Part shown: positions 7,208-14,697 of the stretch, piece after piece | Numbering within the stretch: the stretch's first letter is position 1 | Layout: each line of letters starts with the position of its first letter | Assembly: GCA_045802855.1 (NCBI GenBank) | Contig: JBJMQD010000095.1 | Span: 1-56,525, forward strand | Length of the DNA stretch: 56,525 bases | From: Myxococcales bacterium | GTDB taxonomy: Bacteria > Myxococcota > Myxococcia > Myxococcales > 40CM-4-68-19 | Reading direction: 5' to 3' | Program-made: the position numbers and the translations under genes | The notes under the pieces: model-generated | The model's database searches: none | Seen by the model: the letters and a program-made list of their open reading frames with translations, nothing else | What the model was told of the DNA's origin: nothing

Positions 7208-8745
7208 GTGCGCAGCTTCTCGCCCTCGAACATCTCCTGCGCCTTCTCTTCCGGCACGAGCAACGAGACCAGGATTCCGACCGCGAACGCCGCCGTCATC
7301 GAGATGATGCACGGGTTCTTGAGCTGGATGAGCGCCTGCTTGTAGTGGAACACGTCCACCCAGACGGTGGGGCTGACGATGATCATCCCCAGCGCGAGGA
7401 AGGTGCCGGTGAGGATGGAGAAGACGGCGCCCCAGGTGGTGAACCGCTTCCAGACGATCGACAGGAGCAGCGCCGGGAAGTTGGCGCTGGCCGCGACGGA
7501 GAAGGTGAGGCCCACCATGAAGGCGACGTTCTGACCCTTGAAGAGGATGCCGAGGAGGACGGCGCAGACGCCGAACACGATGGTGGTCTTCCTCGCGGAG
7601 CTCATCTGCTCCGCTTCCGTAACCTTGCCCTTCTTGATCACGCTCACGTAGATGTCGTGCGAGTAGGCGGACGCGCCCGCGAGGGTGAGGCCCGCGACCA
7701 CGGCGAGGATGGTGGCGAAGGCGACCGCGGCGATGAAGCCGAGGAAGGCCGTGCCACCGAGCATCTCCGAGAGGAGCGGCGCGGCCATGTTGCCGCCGGC
7801 GTCGACGGCGGCGATCACCTTGCGGCCCACCAGCACGCTCGCGCCGAAGCCGACGATCGGGATGATGATGTAGAAGTAGCCGATGAGGCCGGTCGCGTAG
7901 AGCACGCTCTTGCGCGCCGTCTTGGCGTCGGGGACGGTATAGAAGCGCATGAGGATGTGCGGCAGTCCCAGGACCCCGAACATCAACGCCAATCCTAACG
8001 ACACGGCTTCTATTGGTGTGGAGACGAGCGACCCGGGCTCGAGGGCTTTCTGCCCCCACTCGGTGGCGACGGCCGCGTAGAGATTGCCGGGGTTGAACCC
8101 GAACTTCGAAAGCACCAGGACCGTGAGCACGGTGACGCCGCCAAGGAGGAGCACGGCCTTGATGATCTGCACCCAGGTGGTCGCGACCATGCCGCCGAAC
8201 AGCACGTAGGCGAGCATCACCACGCCGACGATGACCTCGGCCCAGAGGTAGTCGATGCCGAACATCATCTTGATCAGGTTTCCGGCGCCGACCATCTGCG
8301 CGATCGTGTACGTCAGTACCGTCAGCACGCCGCCGATCGCCGCGGCGATGCGGACGGGCGTCTGCTTCAGCCGGAACGCGACCACGTCGGCGAAGGTGAA
8401 CTTGCCCAGGTTGCGGAGCGGCTCGGCGACGAGGAACATGAGCGCCGGCCAGCCGACGAGCCAGCCGGTGGCGTAGATCATTCCGTCGTAGCCGCGCATG
8501 GCGCACATGCCGGAGATGCCCAGGAACGACGCCGCGCTCATGTAGTCGCCCGCGAGAGCGAGGCCGTTCTGGAGGCCGCTCACGCTGCGGCCGGCGGCAT
8601 AGAAGTCCTTGGCGGAGCGCGTCCGCTTCGCGGCCCAGTAGGTGATGACGAGCGTGATGCCGACGATGATGAGGAAGAAGCCGATCGACGCCGCGCTCGG
8701 CCTGCCGAGGGTCGTCTGCGCCGCTTGTGCGAGTAGGGTCGGCAT
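7183..8745 (-). CDS. actP: Cation/acetate symporter ActP (solute:sodium symporter family).
   Basis: A 520-aa polytopic membrane protein. The N-terminus ...ITYWAAKRTRSAKDFYAAGRSVSGLQNGLALAGDYMSAASFLGISG is typical of ActP. It immediately follows a DUF485 (yjcH) gene (TAG then ATG). Confidence 0.85.
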   Translation of the reverse strand: MPTLLAQAAQTTLGRPSAASIGFFLIIVGITLVITYWAAKRTRSAKDFYAAGRSVSGLQNGLALAGDYMSAASFLGISGMCAMRGYDGMIYATGWLVGWPALMFLVAEPLRNLGKFTFADVVAFRLKQTPVRIAAAIGGVLTVLTYTIAQMVGAGNLIKMMFGIDYLWAEVIVGVVMLAYVLFGGMVATTWVQIIKAVLLLGGVTVLTVLVLSKFGFNPGNLYAAVATEWGQKALEPGSLVSTPIEAVSLGLALMFGVLGLPHILMRFYTVPDAKTARKSVLYATGLIGYFYIIIPIVGFGASVLVGRKVIAAVDAGGNMAAPLLSEMLGGTAFLGFIAAVAFATILAVVAGLTLAGASAYSHDIYVSVIKKGKVTEAEQMSSARKTTIVFGVCAVLLGILFKGQNVAFMVGLTFSVAASANFPALLLSIVWKRFTTWGAVFSILTGTFLALGMIIVSPTVWVDVFHYKQALIQLKNPCIISMTAAFAVGILVSLLVPEEKAQEMFEGEKLRTYLGVGAE

Positions 8746-9123
8746 CTAGTGCTCCAGCTCTTTCCGGAGGCGCTCGACCTCGGGGTCGTGCTTGGTGTTC
8801 GAGACGACGACGTAGATGGCGGTCCAGATCCAGGCGACGACGATGACGCCCACACCGAGGGGGATGCCGAGCGTCGTGTACGCGCCGATCTTGCTGGTGA
8901 TGAGCGGCCGGTCCCAGGCGATCAAGAGGATGAAGCCGTAGTAGGTGACGAAGAGCGCGGCGAGCAGTGTCACGTTCAAGGTCCAGCGCTTCCGGACGAG
9001 CGCGCGGAACGCGTCGGACGCGATTACCTCGTGGACGGTCTTTCGTTTCGGGTGCACTTGCGCCGGCACTGGGGCCGGCGGCACCTCGGGAAGGGGGACT
9101 TTCTTTGCTAACGCCTCGCTCAT
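8746..9123 (-). CDS. yjcH: DUF485 (YjcH-like) small inner-membrane protein, partner of ActP.
   Basis: This is the C-terminal 125 aa of ORF 8746..9768, starting at MSEALAKK (ATG 9123, with GGAGGT 7 nt upstream). It has two TM helices (TLLAALFVTYYGFILLIAW, LGIPLGVGVIVVAWIWTAIYV), which is the canonical yjcH-actP arrangement. Confidence 0.8.
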   Translation of the reverse strand: MSEALAKKVPLPEVPPAPVPAQVHPKRKTVHEVIASDAFRALVRKRWTLNVTLLAALFVTYYGFILLIAWDRPLITSKIGAYTTLGIPLGVGVIVVAWIWTAIYVVVSNTKHDPEVERLRKELEH

Positions 9124-9154
9124 TCGTGTACCTCCAGTGTGACGCGAGGCATGC

Positions 9155-9169
9155 GCAAGAAGCGATCCA
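9155..9169 (-). promoter_or_regulatory. Candidate sigma-54 promoter for yjcH-actP (weak -24 element).
   Basis: The minus strand reads TGGATC-GCTTC-TTGCG, with correct GG-N10-GC spacing, about 30 nt upstream of the yjcH ATG. Only the TGG and TTGC positions match consensus, so a chance match is possible in this GC-rich DNA. Confidence 0.35.
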
Positions 9170-9366
9170 CTGTGTGGAAAAGGTCGCCATGCAGGTCTTT
9201 TCGCACGACGCCGCGCCGCGGCAGCGGATCGATAAGACCTCCCTGCTACGGTTGGTAACCGACGGCGCCGAATATTTTTCGCGCAGCGGGCGGGCCCGAA
9301 CGCAGATTCTGCACCGCGAAACGCAGAAACCGGTGGTGTTCCTACGACGTTGGTCCCGCAGACCGT

Positions 9367-10284
9367 TTGACGTCCTGCGTAGCCGCGTGCTTCGATCCGC
9401 CCCCCGTGATCGAACCCGTCGCGAACATCCTCGAGCAGCTTTCCCGCGAAGCGTACGTGGCCGACCCCGCCATCGCCACCGCGCTCCATCTCGCCCAGGT
9501 CCTGGAGAAGCCCCTCCTCGTCGAGGGGCCGGCCGGGGTCGGCAAGACCGAGATCGCCAAGGCCCTCTCGGCGATCCTCTCCGCCGACCTCATCCGGCTC
9601 CAGTGCTACGAGGGCCTCGACGCCGCTAGCGCCCTGTACGAGTGGAACTACGCGCGCCAGCTCCTCCACATCCGCTTGCACGAGAAGAACGCCGCCCACG
9701 CCACCGAGGCGGAGATCTTCAGCGAGCCCTTCCTCTTGAAACGGCCGCTTCTGCAGGCGATCGCCCATTCGGGGAAGCCCCCGGTCCTCCTCATCGACGA
9801 GATCGACCGCGCCGACGAGGAGTTCGAGGCCTTCCTCCTCGAGGTGCTCTCGGACTTCCAGGTGACGGTGCCGGAGCTGGGGACGCTACGCGCCCAAGGG
9901 CGGCCCCGGGTCGTTCTCACCTCGAATCGGTCGCGCGAGCTTTCCGACGCGCTCCGGCGCCGCTGCCTGTATCTCTGGATCGATCATCCGACCTTCGAGA
10001 AAGAGCTCGCCATCGTCCGCCGCAAGGTGCCGCAAGCGGGCGACGCGCTCGCGGCGGAGATCGTCGGATTCGTGCAGCGCCTGCGCCTCGCGAAGGTGGC
10101 GAAGATCCCCGGCGTCTCCGAGACCCTCGACTGGGCCGCGGCGCTCGTCGCGCTCCACGCCTCGAAGCTCGACCCGGCGCTGGTCGCGGAGACCCTCGGC
10201 TGCATCCTCAAGGACGAGTCCGACCTGCGGAAGGTCAATGCCGAGATCGAGGCGGGCCGCTTGCCGGTCGGGGCGAGCGCTTGA
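9367..10284 (+). CDS. coxD: MoxR-type AAA+ ATPase (CoxD-like).
   Basis: Walker A in KPLLVEGPAGVGKTEIAKAL. CoxD/MoxR-like LIRLQCYEGLDAASALYEWNYARQLL. Walker B in PPVLLIDEIDRADEEFE. The start is uncertain: either TTG 9367 from the ORF track or GTG 9406. Confidence 0.8.
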   Translation: MTSCVAACFDPPPVIEPVANILEQLSREAYVADPAIATALHLAQVLEKPLLVEGPAGVGKTEIAKALSAILSADLIRLQCYEGLDAASALYEWNYARQLLHIRLHEKNAAHATEAEIFSEPFLLKRPLLQAIAHSGKPPVLLIDEIDRADEEFEAFLLEVLSDFQVTVPELGTLRAQGRPRVVLTSNRSRELSDALRRRCLYLWIDHPTFEKELAIVRRKVPQAGDALAAEIVGFVQRLRLAKVAKIPGVSETLDWAAALVALHASKLDPALVAETLGCILKDESDLRKVNAEIEAGRLPVGASA

Positions 10285-11390
10285 AGGGCGATCTCGTCGC
10301 CCGCACCGTCGAGTTCTGCAGGGCCTTGCGCGAGCAGGGCTTCCCTATCGGAGTCGAGCACTCCGCGGACGCGGTGCGCGCGCTCGCGGGCGGCACGCTC
10401 GAATCGCGCACGGCGGCCCGGCTCGCGTTGCGCTGCGTGCTCGTCTCCCGGCCGGAGGATCTCCGCGTCTTCGACGAGCTGTTCGACGACTACTTCACCG
10501 CGGACTCCGGCCAGCGCGGCCCGAGCTCTTCGCCGAAATTTCCCTTTCCCGAGGCGCCGCGCAACGAGCCGCCGCCTTCGCTCGCGCGCTGGCTGCGCCA
10601 GGGCGAAAAGGGTCCCGAGGACGACTCGTCGGAGGAATTGCCCATGGCGAGCGACCTGCCCGCGCTCGCCCGCAAGGACTTCCGCGACTTCACCGAAGAG
10701 GAACTGGAGCAGATCGAGCAGATCGCCGCCCGCATCGCGCGAAAGCTCGCCGCCCGCCCGAGCCGCCGCTGGAAGGCCGCCCGCCGAGGCGCCCGCGTCG
10801 ATCTGCGGCGCACGATGCGCTCGCATCCCGATTTCACCGAGCTGCGCTTCCGCAGGCGGCGCACGCGCAAGACCCGAATCGTCGCCCTCTGCGATGTCTC
10901 CGGCTCGATGGACCTGTACAGCCGGTTCCTCCTCCAGTTCCTCTACGCGCTGCAAGGCTCGTTCGCGCGCGTGGAAAGTTTCGTCTTCTCGACCGAGCTG
11001 CGGCGCATCACCGAGTCCTTGCGCGAGCGCCCGTACGCGAGCGCGCTGCGCGGCCTGCGCGACAGCGTGCGCGACTGGTCCGGTGGCACGCGCATCGGCG
11101 AATGCCTCTCCACCTTCGAGTCGGAGTGGGGTAGGCTCGTCGACCGCCGTACGGTCGTCATCGTCTTGAGCGACGGCTGGGACACCGGCGATCCGGCCGA
11201 GCTCTCCCGTGCGTTGGAGGCCATCCGCATGCGTTCCCGGCGGCTCATCTGGTTGAACCCTCTCCTCGGAAGTCCCGGCTACGAGCCGCTCACGCAAGGC
11301 ATGCAGGCGGCGCTTCCGCACCTCTCCGTCTTCGCCTCCGCCCACAACCTCGAGAGCCTGCGCGCCCTCGAGCGCCACCTCCTCGCATGA
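10281..11390 (+). CDS. coxE: VWA-domain protein (CoxE-like).
   Basis: This is the C-terminal 369 aa of ORF 9642..11390. TTG 10281 overlaps the upstream stop (TTGA). VWA/MIDAS motif: IVALCDVSGSMDLYSRF...VVIVLSDGWDTGD. Confidence 0.75.
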   Translation: MKGDLVARTVEFCRALREQGFPIGVEHSADAVRALAGGTLESRTAARLALRCVLVSRPEDLRVFDELFDDYFTADSGQRGPSSSPKFPFPEAPRNEPPPSLARWLRQGEKGPEDDSSEELPMASDLPALARKDFRDFTEEELEQIEQIAARIARKLAARPSRRWKAARRGARVDLRRTMRSHPDFTELRFRRRRTRKTRIVALCDVSGSMDLYSRFLLQFLYALQGSFARVESFVFSTELRRITESLRERPYASALRGLRDSVRDWSGGTRIGECLSTFESEWGRLVDRRTVVIVLSDGWDTGDPAELSRALEAIRMRSRRLIWLNPLLGSPGYEPLTQGMQAALPHLSVFASAHNLESLRALERHLLA

Positions 11391-12421
11391 AAGCGCGCCG
11401 GATCTCACGAGGAGAGGGGCTCTCCGAGGGACTGGTTCTCGCCCAGGACGTTCGCGACGACTCCGGAAAGGTAGTCGTCGGCAAGGGCAGCGTGCTCGAT
11501 CGCGACGCCGTCGCACGCGCCCGCGAGCTGCCCTGGACGGAGCTGCACGTCGTCGAGATGGAGCCGGGCGACGTCCACGAGCTCGAGGGTGGACGCCGCA
11601 TCGCCGCCGCGATGGCAGGTCCGTTTGTGGAGGCGGCGAAGACTTTCGCAACCGGTGCCTTCTCGCTCACCGCGACGAGGCGCGGGCTCCTCGACGTCGA
11701 CTCCGAGCGGCTCGGGCGGCTCAACGAGGTCGAAGACGTCGCCGCGTTCGCGCTCCCGCAAAAGCGCGTCGTCGTCGAAGGCGAGGTGGTGGCGCGGACG
11801 AAGATCGTTCCCTTCGTCACCCGCGAGGATCGCGTGCGAGCGGCGGAGGAAGCGGCGCAGGGCGGCATCGTCCGGGTCCGCGAATTCGCGCCGCTGCGCG
11901 TGACGGTCCTCGTGCAAGAAGAGCTGCGCGAGCAGGCGCTCGCGAAATTCCGCGCCGCCATCGACGAGAAGCTCGCCTTCTTCGGCGCGCAGTCGGCGCA
12001 GATCTCTCGCGTCGCCGCAACGCCCGACGCGCTCGCCTCGGCGCTGCGCGAAGCGGTCGCGGGCGGCGCGCAGCTCGTCGTCGTCGCCGGCTCGCGGCCG
12101 ATGGATCCCCTGGACCCCGCGGTCGACGCTCTCGCCCGTGCCGGCGCCCGGATGGTGAAGAGCGGCATTCCGGCCCATCCGGGAACGCTCTTGTGGGTGG
12201 CGGAGCTGGGGAACGCGCCCGTCGTCGGCATGCCGACCTGCGGGATGGCCGCGAAGGCAACGACCTTCGATCTGGTCCTGCCCCGGATCTTCGCCGGCGA
12301 TCGGCTCACGCTGAAAGAGCTTTCCCGCCTCGGGGACGGCGGCCTCTTCTCGGCGGAGAGCTCGCACGTCCTCCCGCCGTACCGTCCCGGCGTCGCTCGA
12401 GGAGAGCTGGGTCCGCCGTGA
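11387..12421 (+). CDS. Molybdopterin-binding (MoCF_biosynth-type domain) protein.
   Basis: ATG 11387 overlaps the upstream stop (ATGA). The C-terminal half QLVVVAGSRPMDPLDPAVDALARAGARMVKSGIPAHPGTLLWVAELGNAPVVGMPTCG resembles the MoeA/MogA/CinA molybdopterin-binding fold (..KPGKP...G.PV.GLPGNP). Confidence 0.6.
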   Translation: MKARRISRGEGLSEGLVLAQDVRDDSGKVVVGKGSVLDRDAVARARELPWTELHVVEMEPGDVHELEGGRRIAAAMAGPFVEAAKTFATGAFSLTATRRGLLDVDSERLGRLNEVEDVAAFALPQKRVVVEGEVVARTKIVPFVTREDRVRAAEEAAQGGIVRVREFAPLRVTVLVQEELREQALAKFRAAIDEKLAFFGAQSAQISRVAATPDALASALREAVAGGAQLVVVAGSRPMDPLDPAVDALARAGARMVKSGIPAHPGTLLWVAELGNAPVVGMPTCGMAAKATTFDLVLPRIFAGDRLTLKELSRLGDGGLFSAESSHVLPPYRPGVARGELGPP

Positions 12422-12792
12422 GCGGACTCTACGGGAAGGTGATCGAGGATCACTCCAAGCGGCCGCGCAACAGGGGCCCCTTGGAAGCCCCCGACGCGGC
12501 CCATGAAGACGTGAACCCGCTCTGCGGCGACCGCATCCGCATCGAGCTGCGCATGCGGGAAGGTCGCATCGCCGAAGCTCGATTCGGCGGAAATGCGTGC
12601 ATGGTGGCGACCGCCTCGGCTTCCCTGCTCACCGAGATGATCCGCTCCTTGCCGCCGGCGGAGGCGGCGGCGCTCACCGTCGATCGGATCGTCTCCGAGA
12701 TGCACACGGAGCTACGTCCGTCGCGGATGTCGTGCGCCGAGCTGCCGCTTTCCGTCCTGCGCGGCGCCGTCAAGCAGCTCCGGGAATCCTGA
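12418..12792 (+). CDS. sufU: SufU/IscU-type Fe-S/sulfur-acceptor scaffold protein.
   Basis: GTG 12418 overlaps the upstream stop (GTGA). LYGKVIEDHSKRPRNRG..., NPLCGD, GGNACMVATASASLLTE and RMSCAELP supply the three conserved Cys positions of SufU/NifU-N proteins. Confidence 0.75.
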   Translation: MSGLYGKVIEDHSKRPRNRGPLEAPDAAHEDVNPLCGDRIRIELRMREGRIAEARFGGNACMVATASASLLTEMIRSLPPAEAAALTVDRIVSEMHTELRPSRMSCAELPLSVLRGAVKQLRES

Positions 12793-14003
12793 TGCCGGGG
12801 CCCGCCGTCCGCCACGACTTTCCCATCCTCTCGCGCACGATGCACGCGGAGAGGCCACTCGTCTATCTCGATAACGCCGCCACCTCGCAGAAGCCCCGCC
12901 CGGTGCTCGACGCGATGACGAGCTTCTACGAGGAGTCGAACGCGAACGTGCACCGCGGCGTGCACCTCCTCGCCGAAGAGGCCACCGAGGAGCTGGAGTC
13001 GGCGCGCGCCACGGCCGCGGTGTTCCTGGGTGCGCGGAGCGAGAACGAGATCGTCTTCACGAAAGGGACGACGGAAGCGTTGAACCTGGTCGCGGAAGGG
13101 TGGGCGGCGCGGCGGCTCGGGCCGGGCGACGAAATCGTGGTCACCGCGCTCGAGCACCACGCGAACCTCCTGCCCTGGCAGCGCGCGGCGGCGCGGTCGG
13201 GAGCGACGCTCCGGGCGGTGCCCGCGACGCCATCGGGAGATCTCGGCGACTTCACTTTCGGCCCCCGGACGCGGCTGGTCGCCTTCTCGCACGTCTCGAA
13301 TGCCATCGGGACGCTGCTCCCGATCGCGCGATTGACGAGCGCCGCGAAGGACCGTGGGGCGGTGGTCGTGATCGACGCGGCCCAGAGCGCTCCGCACCTT
13401 CCGCTCGACGTCGAGGCGCTCGGTTGCGACTTCCTCGCTTTCTCGGCGCACAAGGCACTGGGGCCGACCGGCATCGGCGTCCTCTGGGGAAAGGCAGACC
13501 GGTTGGCCGAGACGGAGCCCTTCGTCCTCGGCGGCGGGATGGTGCGCGAGGTGACGCTCGAGTCAGCCACCTTCCTCGACGGGCCGCGAAGGTTCGAGGG
13601 CGGTACGCCGCCCATCGCGGAAGCGGTCGGCCTCCGCGTGGCTCTCGAGTACCTGCGCCGGATCGGCATGGACCGTGTCGTTCTGCACGATCGCGCGCTG
13701 GTCCGCGGCGCGCTCGATCGGCTCGGCCAGATCCGCGACCTGACCCTCTACGGTCCGGCCGATCCCGAGCGGCGCGTGGCGATCGTCTCCTTCAACCTGC
13801 GCGGCGTGCATCCGCACGATCTCGCCGCCTTCCTCGATCAGCGCGGGATCTGCGTGCGGGCGGGGAACCACTGCGCGCAGCCGCTCATGAGCGCGCTCGG
13901 CTGCGCCGGCGTCGTGCGGGCGAGCTTCGCCCTCTACAACACGATGGAGGAAGTCGACGTGCTCGCGCGGGCGCTGGACGAGGCGCGCGAGCTGTGCCCG
14001 TAG
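12792..14003 (+). CDS. sufS: Cysteine desulfurase, SufS/CsdA class (group II).
   Basis: ATG 12792 overlaps the sufU stop (TGATG). LVYLDNAATSQKP, ESNANVHRGVH, the PLP-Lys region FLAFSAHKALGPTGIGVL and the active-site loop VRAGNHCAQPL are all present. Confidence 0.9.
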   Translation: MPGPAVRHDFPILSRTMHAERPLVYLDNAATSQKPRPVLDAMTSFYEESNANVHRGVHLLAEEATEELESARATAAVFLGARSENEIVFTKGTTEALNLVAEGWAARRLGPGDEIVVTALEHHANLLPWQRAAARSGATLRAVPATPSGDLGDFTFGPRTRLVAFSHVSNAIGTLLPIARLTSAAKDRGAVVVIDAAQSAPHLPLDVEALGCDFLAFSAHKALGPTGIGVLWGKADRLAETEPFVLGGGMVREVTLESATFLDGPRRFEGGTPPIAEAVGLRVALEYLRRIGMDRVVLHDRALVRGALDRLGQIRDLTLYGPADPERRVAIVSFNLRGVHPHDLAAFLDQRGICVRAGNHCAQPLMSALGCAGVVRASFALYNTMEEVDVLARALDEARELCP

Positions 14004-14196
14004 ACGGGCGACGTTGCAAAGTCTTGCAAAATGATGCCCGCACGATCGCTCTTGCGCGTCAAGCGATATCATTTTGCAGAATACGTCGATTGTGCTCGCG
14101 GTCTTGCGCGCGGCCTGCTACAAGGCATCGAGATTCCATCAGATCGCGTCGTGCGCTCGCCCTTGATTATTGAGGCGGCGGCGCGGTGTTCGACGG

Positions 14197-14225
14197 GGGC
14201 GGCCGCAGAGGGCCGCCCTTTTTTT
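14197..14225 (+). terminator. Rho-independent terminator, plus-strand orientation.
   Basis: The stem gggcggcc (14197-14204) / ggccgccc (14211-14218) encloses the loop gcagag and is followed by seven T (14219-14225). It lies about 200 nt after the sufS stop and abuts the stop codon of the convergent receiver gene. Confidence 0.75.
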
Positions 14226-14661
14226 ATGTCGAGGTCGAGTCGGGGCCCGCGCTCGGTTGAACCGGCGCACGGTGCGGTGTCGCCATGTCCGAGGCGACGA
14301 GCGCCAGCAACTTCTCCATGGCAAACGGCTTCTGCACGATCCTCGCGCGCGAGGGGAAGGTCAGGCCGTTGCGGATGGTGAGGAGCACGATCACTGCGGC
14401 GCGCGAAAGGACGGCGTCGCGATCCAGCGCTCCCCGCAAGGTTTCCCACTCCGGATCGGGGTCCGCCCCGCCCAGGGCGAGGACCAGCTCGTCAGGCGGA
14501 GGACCGCGCCGGGCCAGCACGGCCGCGCAATCCCGAGCGCATTCCACCCGGTGCCCGTCGAGCACGAGTGCGTCGCGAAGGACGGCGCGTAAATCCAGGT
14601 CGGATTCCATTACCACGGCGAAACCGGTCGGTCTCGTCGCGTCCTTTCCGGCGGTGCTCAT
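14224..14661 (-). CDS. Receiver-like (CheY-fold) protein, probably lacking the canonical phospho-acceptor Asp.
   Basis: FAVVMESDLDLR (beta1), AVIVLLT (Thr) and IVQKPF (Lys) fit a receiver domain. At the expected acceptor position (D-x-hydrophobic-D) the sequence reads DELVLALGGADPD. It lies 36 nt downstream of the PAS kinase. Confidence 0.6.
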   Translation of the reverse strand: MSTAGKDATRPTGFAVVMESDLDLRAVLRDALVLDGHRVECARDCAAVLARRGPPPDELVLALGGADPDPEWETLRGALDRDAVLSRAAVIVLLTIRNGLTFPSRARIVQKPFAMEKLLALVASDMATPHRAPVQPSAGPDSTST

Positions 14662-14697
14662 CGACGACCTCCTGCTCGATTCCGGCCGTCGCGCGTG

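Noticed and set aside
6632-9190. An 852-aa minus-strand ORF spanning the exonuclease, actP and yjcH region.
   Set aside because: It is out of frame with the clearly recognisable ActP (7183..8745) and DUF485 proteins. Its composition is dominated by R/G/P/H and it has no domain signatures.
14031-14381. A 116-aa plus-strand ORF in the spacer after sufS.
   Set aside because: It starts in the AT-rich structured region, reads straight through the intrinsic terminator and continues antisense into the receiver gene. It has no motifs.
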